From contig NC_068985.1 of the NCBI RefSeq assembly GCF_001194135.2, positions 112,333,204 to 112,382,703 of the forward strand: DNA of 49,500 nt, read 5' to 3'. Positions 1-10,869 of the stretch are shown in pieces (the stretch's first letter is position 1; each line of letters begins with the position of its first letter). Made by a program: the position numbers and the translations under genes. The notes beneath the pieces were generated by a model. That model ran no database searches. It had not been told where the DNA came from and worked only from the letters and a program-made list of their open reading frames with translations. The stretch is from Octopus bimaculoides. Taxonomy: Eukaryota.

Positions 1-49
<49 letters not shown>

Positions 50-789
50 TAGATAGATAGATAGATAGATAAATAGATATTAGTTGCATATATAACACCC
101 ACAAATACACTGACATATATGCACACATAACATACACATATATATACACACGCACAAGGGTTAAACACACAAACATATATAAACACACATAATAAATACA
201 AACTGATGTATGCACACACTTATACATATACACATATATTCATACACACAAACACACACACACACACACACAATGCTGCCTTAAGGAAATCAAAGGGGAC
301 AGTGACTGTATTCACACCCTACCGACATAATCTAAGAAGGAATATATGTTAGATAAAATAGTTCTAGATACATGCTGACAAGACAGGGTTAGGGTTAGGG
401 TTGGACAACAGCAAAGCATCTGCATTCGTCACACATAAACAACATCACACAAGGACACACACATACACACACACACAAACAAACATAGACACACATACAG
501 GCACACATGCAAAAATGCAAACATGCACAGACTGCATTTAGAGGGAGGGAAAAATATGCAATATGAGGAACTCATTAAAAGCTGACATCATGCATACATA
601 TACATACATACACAAACACACACATGTACAAACAGACACACACACACAAACAAACAAACACACACACATGCACAAACACACACACAGATATATATATACA
701 CACATATATATATACAAAGACAAACATACATACACAAACATACATATACACACACACACAAATACAAACACACACATACAAATACATGC

Positions 790-820
<31 letters not shown>

Positions 821-905
821 TGCATACTAACACACATACATATATATACACACACAAATACACACATACAAATACACACACACACACATACATACATACC
901 ATAAA
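1..905. repeat. Compound microsatellite field: (TA)n, (GATA)n, degenerate (CA)n/(TA)n
   Basis: Directly visible. It generates the VCVC/HTHT ORFs at 538-904. Confidence 0.95.
385..402 (+). repeat. Short interstitial telomere-like tract (AGGGTT)3
   Basis: agggttagggttagggtt. TTAGGG is the usual molluscan telomere unit. Confidence 0.5.
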
Positions 906-1039
906 TGTTACATTATATGCACACGGTAAAGGGACACACCCACTTTACAAAATTATAAAGGGAGAAGACAGGAGCTGAGACCCAATAAACAAGACATCAT
1001 TAAATCTGTCACCACAGTAACTGGAAGATGAATATAAGG

Positions 1040-1500
1040 GTTCGTTCAGGGTGGAGTGGTGTGGGGGTGGGGTTAATGGAATGTCTCCAGGAAAGGGAGA
1101 CTGAAAACAGGCACCCTGCTGGTATGTGCTAATAGAGAGTTTGAAGGTGAAGGTAGCCATGGCGCATAGGATGGCTTAAGATGGGGGTAGAAGTTGATGG
1201 AATGTCCCCTGGAAAGGGAGGCTGAAATAGGGATCATGCAGGTATGTATCGGTGGAGAATATGGGGTGCAGTGAAGTGGGGGGATTGTGGTGCATAGGGT
1301 GGTTTAAGAAGGGGGTAGAAGTCGTTGGAATGTTCCCTGGGAGGAGAGGCTGAATACGAGAGACCCTACTAGTATGTGGGAGTAGAGGGTGGGAGTATAG
1401 AAGTGTGGGTGGTTGTGGTGCATGACATGGTTTGAAGAGGGGTGAAAGTTGATGGAATATTCCCAGAGAAGGGGGACTGAGAAATAGGGGTTTCTCTTGG
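1040..1500. repeat. G-rich degenerate minisatellite, about 125-bp unit x4
   Basis: GGAATRTYCC..GG.AAGGG.G.CTGA anchor at 1078, 1199, 1327 and 1454 (periods 121, 128, 127). Confidence 0.85.
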
Positions 1501-1674
1501 ATGGCAGTAGTTCGGCAGCTCTCCCTTCTCCTCCCTGGAATATCCAGAATACCAAAGCTGGCTGAGGAAATGCTTAGGAGCAAGCCAGCAATATCAAATG
1601 GATATTGCCATGCCTTGCTCAATAACCACACACACATGCACGCACATGTGCACGCGTGCACACACATACACACA

Positions 1675-2115
1675 GGTGCAAGTCTGACAGAATGGTAAGA
1701 AGCTAGCTTCCCAACCACAAAGGTGAGGGTTCGATCTCATTGCATGACACCGAGGGCAAATGTCATCCTGGGTCAACCAAAACCTTGTGAGTGGATTCAG
1801 AAGATGGAAGCTAAGAGAAAACTTGTTGCTGTTGTCATTGTGCATGCACGCACACGCGTGTATGTGTGTGCACATGTTACAGCCTTTTTCCTTAACATTG
1901 CATGATAGCTGTAAGCAAGTGTTAGAGTGACATAAGCAGTATCCTTTGTCTTCAACCCTGTATTATAACATGTCTGATCATGGGGAAATATTACCTTACT
2001 TGGAAACAGGTGAATGTTGGTGAGAGGAAGGGCATCTGACTGCAGAAAAATCTGCCTCAGTAAATTCCACCTAATTCAAGTGAGCACAGAAAAATGGTCA
2101 TTGAAATGATGATGA
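1675..2115 (+). mobile_element. tRNA-derived SINE, head A + tail B, old copy
   Basis: Decayed head (aagaagctagcttcccaaccac...gggttcgatc), internal TG tract, ggaaacaggtga...aggaagggcatc...gatgatga tail. Matches the 9944-10357 copy. Confidence 0.75.
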
Positions 2116-2116
2116 T

Positions 2117-2281
2117 AGGCATGGCTGTGTGGCAATAAGCTTGCTTCTCAACCACATGGTTCCAAGTTCAGTTGCACTGCATCACACCTTGGGTAAGTGC
2201 CTTCTAGTATAGCCTCAGGTCAACCAAAGGCTCGAGAGTGGATTTGGTAGACAGAAACTGTGGAAAATGAAAGAAGCCCAT

Positions 2282-2326
<45 letters not shown>

Positions 2327-2434
2327 TTGTCCCTCACCATCACTTGACAACTGGTGTTGGTGTGTTTACATCCCCGTAACTTAGTGGTTCAGCAAAAAAG
2401 ACTGATAGAATAAGTACCAGGTTTTAAAAAAAAA
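2117..2434 (+). mobile_element. tRNA-derived SINE family A, 3'-truncated
   Basis: A-box tggctgtgtgg, CORE-like ccttgggtaagt, tail ...gatagaataagtaccagg. Aligns to the 17336 and 30360 copies. Confidence 0.85.
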
Positions 2435-2435
2435 G

Positions 2436-3210
2436 TATCATGTTCACTGTGTATGACTACCAAACATCACCCACAGTAATTACAAAATTGTCGCGGGATC
2501 TATCTCAAGAATTCCTCAATGTATGTTGAGTATAAAACAGATTTTAGAGATGGAAAATGAAATGCACAAGAAACCTTATGGCTCAATGAAACACAACAAT
2601 TATACCTGAGAATTTGCATATTACAGAGAATGGTCATGTAAATGTACAAGGAGCTTGGTGTGTCTTACCAAAATGTCTAACTGGACTGCTCCTTTTTTGA
2701 TGGTCCTACAACTGGTCCCATTTATTTGAACTTGCTGTGACAATATGTCATGTCAAGCAGTCAAAAGGATTTTGAAAACATGGAGTTTGTTTCCAGCAAG
2801 ACAGGACATACTACCAGAGCCAACCTTGATAGGATTTTTTCCAAACAGGTAGATTGGAGGAAGAGGTTCAGTAGAAACCTTCCACATCCACCAGACCTCA
2901 CACTACCAGACATTCATTTTAAGTGGGTACTTAAAAGACAAAACTTTATGATACAAAACCAGCAACAGTCAATAAATTGAGGGCAGCCATTAAATGAAAA
3001 TGTGCAAAATGTTGCTTTGATGCTTGTGATTCCAGTGCTTAGCATTATTGGCAGTGCCTGAACGAGAACGGTCATCAGTTTGAAAATAAGTGTTCATAAA
3101 ATATTAAATTCTGTCTGTAGATTCAATTAAATTTCCCGAATAAAATGTATTGCAATAAATACTAACTTTATCATCATTCAATATATGCATACAGTTTTTT
3201 AGAAATACTG
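2436..3210 (+). mobile_element. Decayed Tc1/mariner DNA transposon, rosa (DD41D)-like, 3' half with right TIR
   Basis: Frameshifted remnants ..GPIYLNLL*QYVMSS..FQQD..NLDRIFPNR*IGGRGSVE..PPDLT.PD..WGYLKDK match the QQDGAPPH..RWIGRRG..PPRSPDLTPLD pattern of rosa transposases. It ends catacagttttttagaaatactg|TA. Confidence 0.75.
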
Positions 3211-3358
3211 TATATGTATATACATACACATATGTGTGTGCATGTGTGTGTATATATATATATACACACATGCATACACACAAACACACATCTGTAGATT
3301 CAGTAAATATCATTATAATCCGTTGAGTGTCCAAATTCCACATGAGCATGGGTTGAAC

Positions 3359-3401
<43 letters not shown>

Positions 3402-4330
3402 TTATATTTGAATATATACACATGAATATACACACAGGAATAAACATAAGTGTATGTATGTACATGAGTCTGCATTCAACAAAAATATGCAGAATGAATG
3501 TGAACACACACAAATGCTTACGCACACACACACACACACACAAATGCTTATGCGTGCACACACACACACACACATGGCAGCTATGGCTACTGAACTCCAT
3601 GCCTAAATTCAGTGTTGAACAATCAACAAAACATCAGAGAATCTCCTTCACAATGGTCTCCTCTGTTCAGTGAGATAAGAGATGACGTCACCAGCACCAG
3701 AAATCTGTGAGAACCTACCCACCCTAATCCAGAATCTTCCCACAAAGCAGGTAAACATCATCAATAGCCATCAGTTATCTCTGCCCTGCCCCCCCCACCA
3801 CGACCGCCATCTACTTCTACAGCACAACCCTCAGGACAAACAATGTGAGGTTACTGTGATACTAGGGAAAAACTGCATCATTTATTAAACATGTTTGTGT
3901 GTGTATAAATATATGTACACACATACACATATATGAATATACATGTGTATCTATTGTATGTGCATATATATATATATCGTATTATCAAATATAATAATAT
4001 AAATTATTTACATATTTTTAAGTTATGAAACAATTTGTTGTGATATTAGAATTTTCTTACTGTTAAAAAAATTTCAAACTATTTCTCTGTCATTTATGAC
4101 ATATATNNNNNNNNNNNNNNNNNNNNNNNNNNNNNNNNNNNNNNNNNNNNNNNNNNNNNNNNNNNNNNNNNNNNNNNNNNNNNNNNNNNNNNNNNNNNNN
4201 NNNNNNNNNNNNNNNNNNNNNNNNNNNNNNNNNNNNNNNNNNNNNNNNNNNNNNNNNNNNNNNNNNNNNNNNNNNNNNNNNNNNNNNNNNNNNNNNNNNN
4301 NNNNNNNTATATATATACACACACACACAG

Positions 4331-4534
4331 AGAGAGGTGCTGAAATGTTCCTGGTTTTGGGTAAAAGAAAATACAGGAAGACCAATTATGCTTTTATTCA
4401 ACATATTCCCTGCTCAGATTCACACACTTATTGCAGCAGTCCTTCAGTTTTTCTAAGCCCTGTAAAAGAACTCAGAAGGTTGGGCCTCCAACCAGGCCTT
4501 TCACAAAACCCTTAAAGCCAGGAACTTTTCAGCA
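4331..4534 (-). mobile_element. Mariner-derived MITE (about 200 bp) retaining the transposase C-terminus
   Basis: Imperfect TIRs tgctgaaatgttcctggtttt (4338-4358) and aaagccaggaacttttcagca (4514-4534). The minus strand 4394-4459 encodes GLEKLKDCCNKCVNLSREYVE*, resembling the mariner end GIxKLxxRWxKCVxxxGxYVE*. Confidence 0.85.
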
Positions 4535-4785
4535 TGTATGTATGTATGTGTATCTGTATTACATACGTGCAAATACATAGACACATATATACTGTATAGA
4601 CATCCGTTATGCATGGGAGAGTTAAACATGAAACAACACACATATGCAGGCACATACAGTGAAGTCTGTGCTGTAATAAGCACTACACACACACATACAC
4701 ATATTTACACACAAATATACTGACACATACATATGTATTATGTAAACAGACAATGCTATAGTAGACATGGACATAGGGACAGTCA

Positions 4786-4906
4786 TAGCTGCATGGTTAA
4801 GAAAGTCCATTTCCCAGTCACATGGTACTTCAGGCAAGTATCTTCTACTACTGCCTGGGGTCGATCAAAGCCTTGTAAGCTGATTTGGTCGACAGAAACT
4901 GAAAGA
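4786..4906 (+). mobile_element. SINE family A fragment interrupted by a family C insertion; resumes at 5139-5180
   Basis: caggcaagtatcttctactact...aaagccttgtaag...gaaactgaaaga. Confidence 0.7.
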
Positions 4907-5138
4907 AGACGGCGAGCTGGCAGAAACGTTAGCACGCCGGGCGAAATGCTAAGCGGTATTTCATCTGCCGCTACATTCTGAGTTCAAATTCCGCCGAGGT
5001 CGACTTTGCCTTTCATCCTTTCGAGGTTGATTAAATAAGTACCAGTTACGCACTGGGGTCGATGTAATCGATTTAATCTGTTTGTCTGTCCTTGTTTGTC
5101 CCCTCTGTGTGTAGCCCCTTGGGGGCAGTAAAGAAATA
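4907..5138 (+). mobile_element. tRNA-derived SINE family C (tail C1), full length, young
   Basis: Head ggcgagctggcagaaacg, B-box gagttcaaattcc. A 13-bp TSD agaaactgaaaga lies at 4894-4906 and 5139-5151. Confidence 0.9.
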
Positions 5139-5369
5139 AGAAACTGAAAGACGCTCAACAAATGTGTGTGTGTGTGTGTGTGCACTTTTACATTTGTACT
5201 CTATAAAAGTCACTCCCTGGTAATGGCGGTGCTGTTACATTCACATGAACAAATTCTCTGCTCACTTAGTAACATATAAAATAAGAGATCACTTACTCAG
5301 GGAAATAAATAAATAAATAGAATTTAAAAAATTGAAAAAAAAAAACAAAAAGAAAAAACAAACAAACAA

Positions 5370-5465
5370 GTGTCAGGTAATGAAGGTCATCCATCTGTAG
5401 AACAATACCTCAATGAAATATTCATCTAACCCATACTAGGATGGGAAAATGGACAAAAAAACAAT
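5370..5465 (+). mobile_element. Decayed retroposon 3' tail (tail D/B module)
   Basis: gaaggtcatccatctgtag...aacccatactaggatgggaaaatggac. Confidence 0.55.
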
Positions 5466-5526
5466 CACGCAAAAGCAATATGTAAACACACACACAGAGT
5501 TTACGATATTGATATTACATAATGAA

Positions 5527-5650
5527 GAAGGTAAGCTGGCAGAATAGCCACCATGCCAGACTTAGTGGCATTTCTTCCATCTATATGTTCTCAGTTCAAA
5601 TGCAGCACAGGTCAACTTTGTGTTTTATCTTTATGGGGTTGATATAACAT
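5527..5650 (+). mobile_element. SINE family C, decayed 5' half
   Basis: aagctggcagaa...cagttcaaatgc...gtcaactttg. Confidence 0.65.
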
Positions 5651-5655
5651 GTATA

Positions 5656-5935
5656 GTGAAGGTGCGCAGCTTAGTGGTTAGGTTATTCGGCTCATGATCG
5701 CAAGGTCCTGAGTTCAATTCCCAGCAATGCATTGTGGCCTTGAGCAAGACACTTTATTTCATGTTGCTCCAGTGTCCACTCAGCTGGCAAACATGAGTAG
5801 TATCTATATGTACTAAGGGTTCACGTGTCTGTGGTGTGTTCAGCCACATGCATGTTAATTCCATGAGCTGGCTGTTCTGTTGATTGGATCAACTAGAACA
5901 CTTGTGGTATCTGACGGAGTGCCATAATAAATACT
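5656..5935 (+). mobile_element. Chimeric SINE: family E head and CORE-like block + family F tail
   Basis: A-box agcttagtgg, B-box gagttcaattcc, ccttgagcaagacactttatttc, then taagggttcacgtgtctgtgg...gacggagtgcc as in the 27411 copy. Confidence 0.8.
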
Positions 5936-6073
5936 AGTTGAGGCTTCAATGTAGTTGATTTACCCCCCATCCCCTTCAATTTGCCGGCCTTGTGTAAAAA
6001 TTTTAAACCAATATTACATAACAAATTAACATTGCAAGCTGACTGAATCATTATATTAATTTTCACTTCTAAA

Positions 6074-6183
6074 GTGAAGAGCTGCCAGAATTGTCACCCC
6101 ACTGGACAAAATACTTCACAGCAGTTCTTCTGACTGTGTTCTGAGTTCAAATACAGCCAAAGTCAGATTTACCTTTTATCCTT
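6074..6183 (+). mobile_element. SINE family C fragment
   Basis: gagctgccagaa...ctgagttcaaatac...tttatcc. Confidence 0.6.
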
Positions 6184-6189
6184 ACAGAA

Positions 6190-6911
6190 AAACAGCACCA
6201 TGATGCAATTCACTCTGCCAGAAATTTGGAAACGACATGCTATGCTGCTTGGCACTTGCACTAGAAGCTCCAATACGAATGTTTCACAGTGTTTGGGTGT
6301 CAATCTGAGGAAAAGTACCGAGAATGATAAGGATCAAACATCCAGTCAACATCACTAGTGATGGCTACGCTATGCCTCCATTCACCTTCCTACAGAGCCT
6401 CAGATTCAACACAGAAGCCTACATCAAGTGCCTGGAGGAGGTAATGCTGCCTTGGGGGTCAGGAAGGAGGCTACTGGAAGAACTTATTTCTGAACCATGC
6501 CACACAAGCAGGAGAACCCAGTCATGGCTGCAAGACAATTCCTGCGATCACATCCCCACTAACATCTGGCCACCTTACTCCTCAAATTGCAACTCCCTTG
6601 ATTATTATGCGTGGCATGCAATTGAGCAAGAGAGCAACAAAACTCCTTGTAACACCAAAGATGAAATGAAGGTAAGGATTATGGCAGCATTCACCAACTT
6701 GATCAAGGAGACTGTCCAGAAGAGTTGCAGGAGATTCCGAAGTCGTCTGGAGGCCGTAGTTGAAGCCAACGGTGATTTTATTGAATAAATTTACTCTTTA
6801 GTATTTCAAGATATTTTTATGTAATTTTGTTAAATGTATCTGTTAAAATGAGAAGTCAGTGTAATTTCCATTTCTACGTAATTTAGACGACAGTTTATTC
6901 ACCGCACTCTG
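6190..6911 (+). mobile_element. Internally deleted maT (DD37D)-like Tc1/mariner transposon; transposase pseudogene
   Basis: An N-terminal remnant from ATG 6200 (MMQFTLPEIWKRHAMLL..CLGVNLR) jumps to ORF 6324-6788 (SDGYAMPPF..AYIKCLEEV..PCHTSRRTQSWL..WPPYSSNCNSLDYY..RLEAVVEANGDFIE*). The QQD motif is deleted; the remaining spacing fits DD37D. The right end is ..accgcactctg|TA. Confidence 0.85.
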
Positions 6912-6929
6912 TATATATATGTGAGTATG

Positions 6930-7150
6930 TGTGTGTGTCTGTATTTGTCACCTTCCTCCAATTACCTGACAACTGGTGTTGGTTTGTTTACTTTACTGTA
7001 ACTTAGATGTTCGGTAAAAGGGCCAGTTGGAACAAGGCTCAGGCTTTAAAGAAATGTAAGTACTGGGGCTGATTTGATCAATTAAATCCCTTCGAGGCAG
7101 TGCCCCAGCATGGCCACATTCCAATGACTAATGCAATTAACAGATAAATG
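6930..7150 (+). mobile_element. SINE family A tail only
   Basis: tgacaactggtgttgg...taagtactggggctgat...ccccagcatggccac. Confidence 0.7.
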
Positions 7151-7239
7151 ACATATAGACTCAGACATACATAGCCATAGTATTAAACATGTTATAAAAC
7201 AAACATCTACAGTAACACACGGGCTATAAGCCACAAATG

Positions 7240-7465
7240 AAGGAGTCAGAGGTGGGGGGTAAATTAGTCTGCTAGAAACAGCAGTAAAATGTTTTTTAAG
7301 ATCACACCTGCCATCATAAATACAAAAAGGTTGCAGTGAACAATGTAGCTCTTGATAGCTAAAAAAGACACGTTGGTCGTGAGTGGAATTGCCTTTGGTC
7401 AGGGGTTTGCTCCATCAAGATTTGCCCCAGGTTAAACAACAACAACAACAACAACAACAGCAATA
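7240..7465 (+). mobile_element. SINE-like family J with (AAC)n tail
   Basis: gtctgctagaaacagcag...tcacacc...ccccaggttaaacaacaac. Related copies at 10362, 15690, 30790 and 45546. Confidence 0.7.
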
Positions 7466-7915
7466 ACACAAACAACAACAAACACAAACAATAATAAATC
7501 AAATACACTCACAGCATTAGATTATATAATCCTTGTACGACAGACAGCAATGAATGTTATAAACCCACACAAGGTGTATATATCTATGAATACATACAAA
7601 AGCACAATAAGCCAGACAGACAAAATAAACTATGTACAAACAACACATGCACACACTTCTTTCTCTCTCTCTCTCTCTCACGCACACAGCCATACAGACA
7701 GACGCACAGATTCAAATTCCCATGAATGAGGTTCTTCGCTAAAGAATGTGGCTTTAAGTAGGTTTGAAGGCCAGCTTTGTGTATTGAACATAAATAATGT
7801 GACTGTAGAACAGGTATGTAACTGTCGTACATATACATATTTTTGTTCCTGTACACTATCACACAACTCTTTACGCACACCTCATACAGTCAACTGTTTG
7901 AAACCATTATCGAAG

Positions 7916-8036
7916 TTTTAAGCTTGTTTCCCAACCACATGGTTCTGGGTTCAGTCCCATTATACCCTCCTACTATACCCTCAGGCGAGCCAAAGCCTTA
8001 TAAGTGGATTTAGTAGACCAAAACTGAAAGGAGCCC

Positions 8037-8045
<9 letters not shown>
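7916..8045 (+). mobile_element. SINE family A fragment
   Basis: cccaaccacatggttctgggttcagtccc...aaagccttataagtggatt. Confidence 0.75.
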
Positions 8046-8071
<26 letters not shown>

Positions 8072-8073
<2 letters not shown>

Positions 8074-8278
8074 TCATCATCATCGTCGTCGTTTAACGTC
8101 CACTTTCCATGCTAGCATGGGTTGGACGGTTTGACTGAGGACTGGTGAACCAGATGGCTGCACCAGGCTCCAATCTGATTTGGCTGAGTTTCTACAGCTG
8201 GATGCCCTTCCTAATGCCAACCACTCCGAGAATGTAGCCAACCACTCACAGAGAGTAGCCAACCACTCCGAGAGTGCA
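8072..8278 (-). mobile_element. Retroposon family D 3' end with (GAT)n tail; terminal 21-bp unit triplicated
   Basis: Reverse complement of ..ggaagggcatccagctgtagaaac..catgctagcatggaaagtggacgttaaacgacgacgatgatg. gccaaccactc units start at 8216, 8237 and 8258. Confidence 0.85.
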
Positions 8279-8370
8279 GGAGTGGCTGTGTGTAAGTAGC
8301 TTGTTCACCAACCACATGGTACCGGGTTCAGTCTCACTGTGTGGCACCTTGGGCAAATATCTTCTATTAG
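8275..8370 (+). mobile_element. SINE family A head
   Basis: caggagtggctgtgtg...gggttcagtctc...ccttgggcaaat. Confidence 0.8.
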
Positions 8371-8435
8371 GTGTGCTGCCGAATTTTGAAAAGAATGCAA
8401 GTGTACCACAAGTGTAAAAAGGTTGCAGAGCACTG
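8370..8435 (-). mobile_element. Possible hAT-type MITE end fragment
   Basis: The minus strand begins CAGTGCTCTGCAACCTTTTT..GGCAGCACAC, resembling CAGTGGTTCYCAACC hAT termini. Only one end is seen. Confidence 0.4.
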
Positions 8436-8514
8436 ATCTAAAGTATCATCCAGGAACTGAACCGGAGACCATGTGGTTGGGAAGCAAACCACACATGGAC
8501 CTAAACACATGACG

Positions 8515-9040
8515 ATGCTTTCCAACCACATGGTTCCAGGTTCAGTCCTGTAGCACCGCACATTGGGCAATTGTTATCTACTAAATCCTTGAGCCAAACA
8601 AAGCTTTGTGAACACAGGTGTAGATATAGATACCCTTCCTTCTCTGGATATAAAAAACAAGTAAGTAAATAAGGTGTGGCTGTGTGGTAAGAAGCTTGCT
8701 TCCTAATCACATGGTTCTGGGTTCAGTCCCACAGCAGGGTGCCTCGGGTTAAGTGCCTTCTGCTAAATTTCTGGGCCAACCAAAGCTTTTGTGAATGCTG
8801 GGGCAGATGTGGATATCCTTCCATCTCTGGATATTAAAAAAAAACATCTAAGCAAATAAGGTGTGGCTGTGTGGTAAGAAGCTTGCTTCCCAATCACATG
8901 GTTCCGGGTTCAGTCCCACTGCATGGCACTTTGGGCAAGCAAATGTCTTCTACTAAATCCCTGGGTCAACCAAAACTTTGTGAGTGCAGGTGAGGACATA
9001 GATGTCCTTTCTTCTCTGGATATAAAAAAAAACCACAAAG
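8515..9040 (+). repeat. Tandem array of about 186-bp units made of a SINE-A head plus a unique 60-bp spacer, x3
   Basis: aaataaggtgtggctgtgtggtaagaagcttgcttcc at 8667 and 8854; tctctggata at 8641, 8824 and 9013. Confidence 0.9.
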
Positions 9041-9943
9041 AAAATATTTGTGTGGCCTTCATCTTTTTGTGTATGTATGTTTGTTCTTTCTGACTGTGTG
9101 TGTGTGTGTGTTCAGGTGTCTTTTTCTGTGTGTGGAATGTCTTATTCTTCTGTCTTCATTTTTTTTTTATTACTTACAAATTAGGCAAAGTCTGGCAACG
9201 AAGACGTTTTATATATTTCTTATATTTGATTACATCTGTGTGTAATCTATCTATCTATACATATATACACACATACATGTACATATTCATACACACACAT
9301 GTATGTATGTATATATGTATGCATGCATATATATATATATATATATGTGTGTAAATGTTTGATTTCCATTTCCTGCATGTGTCCCACCCAAATTTGGCAT
9401 CAGTGCTTCTCTTTAACTATTTAAGATTCATCAAAATACAGGAAATCCTTCATTTTACTGCAATTTCTCTGTCATTTGCCAGAGTCTCAGCAGAGGAAAT
9501 TCCCATCAACATATTAACGTACATATATGCTGTGTACAAAATATGATAATGTCAGTGTCTGTGTGTATTTATGTATGTAATTGTATGAGCATATGCGTGT
9601 ACGCATAGTAACAGTATTGTGAATAATACTTTGAGATAGCTATATGTGTGTGTATTTATATATCATATCTTAACTGCGTGCCTGGCTGCCTGTCATGTTT
9701 TGACCTTGACCTCCAGAAATAATCTGTCCTGCAAGTCAACCCTTACATCTTTCAAAATAGAGCAGGGCTCAAGAGCCCTATAAGTTGAATGATAATCCCT
9801 TTTGTTGTATCATTCACTAGATATAAGAGTTTCTTTTATTTTCCTTTCATTTACCATTTGATAGCAGAGATAGAGAGACGCAAACTTGGTTATTTCCTTA
9901 TCTGGAGTAGGGAGGTACGTTATTTAATCTTCAGAGTAGACAT

Positions 9944-10357
9944 AGGTGTGGCTGTGTGGTAAAAAGTTTGCTTCCCAACCACATGGTTTCAGGTTCAGTC
10001 CTACTGCGTGGCACCTTGGGAAAGTGTCTTACACCATAGCACCAGCTCAAACAAAATCTTGTGAGTGGATTTTGCAGAGAGAAACTGAATGAAGCTCATT
10101 GTGTATAAACATGTGTGTGTTTGTTTGTGTCTCTTTATTTTCACTGCCTTACTAGTTGTAAACAAGTGCCACTGTCATACATGCGGTGTTATTCATTTCC
10201 AATATTCTACAAAGCATGTCTGGCCATTGGGAGAGATATTAACTTGCATGACAACAGGTGAAGGTTGATGACAAAAAGGGCATCTGGTCATAGCCAATCC
10301 TCACAATAAACTCTGACTCATGCAAGCATGGAAAAATGGATGTTAAAATAGTAACGA
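9944..10357 (+). mobile_element. SINE head A + tail B, full length
   Basis: Head with A and B boxes, ccttgggaaagt, tail ..acaggtgaagg..aagggcatctgg..catgcaagcatggaaaaatggatgttaaa. Confidence 0.85.
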
Positions 10358-10361
10358 AAAT

Positions 10362-10520
10362 ATGCAGCCAAATAACGCTCTCCCTCAAAATCACACCTTC
10401 CTACCTACACTGAAAAGCAAATGCTGATTAGATAATTTTGTCTGGATCGTCATGGCTGGAATGCCTCTGATTGTGTATCTGTCTATTAACCAAGGCCAGA
10501 CCCATGACAAAACAAACATC
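10362..10520 (+). mobile_element. Family J, decayed
   Basis: gcagccaaat..ctccctcaaaatcacacc..gtcatggctggaatgcctctgat. Confidence 0.55.
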
Positions 10521-10869
10521 TACATCATTGCTGTCACCACCCACCATTATCCATGCTATTCGCTTTGTTCCAGTTTCAATATTAATCCCAAAGTTGGCAG
10601 AAGTTTGAATAGCTATACACACACACACACACACATCTCTACCCATGTGCGTGTGTGTGTCTTTGTGCATGTGTGTGTATATATGCGTGTATGCATAAAT
10701 ATATATTCATTCATCATATCTATAAGACTCATACATAGGTAGATATGTATAGTACACATGTACTATGCATATCTACTGGTGGGAGTGTGTATGTACTCGT
10801 ACACTATACATATACACACACTTATATCATATATCTTTACCTGTATATGTGTATGTAAATATATATATA

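Noticed and set aside
1176-1718. 180-aa Pro/His-rich minus-strand ORF
   Set aside because: It starts in a SINE and (TG)n, and crosses a minisatellite whose unit lengths break the frame.
3682-3750. ATG...CAG|GTAAAC possible first exon (MTSPAPEICENLPTLIQNLPTKQ)
   Set aside because: There is no promoter evidence, no homology and no clear partner exon.
7513-7583. Minus-strand GT-AG-bounded 71-nt segment
   Set aside because: There are stops in all three frames. It cannot be distinguished from a pseudo-exon.
9178-9777. Minus-strand exon-like segments at 9178-9235, about 9460-9529 and 9747-9777
   Set aside because: Their phases are mutually incompatible, the sites are weak and the peptides are unrecognised.
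10428-10742. Overlapping ORFs in apparently unique sequence (AIQTSANFGINIETG.. and MAGMPLIVYL..)
   Set aside because: The left half is a decayed family J repeat and the rest runs into (CA)n. Splice sites are not convincing.
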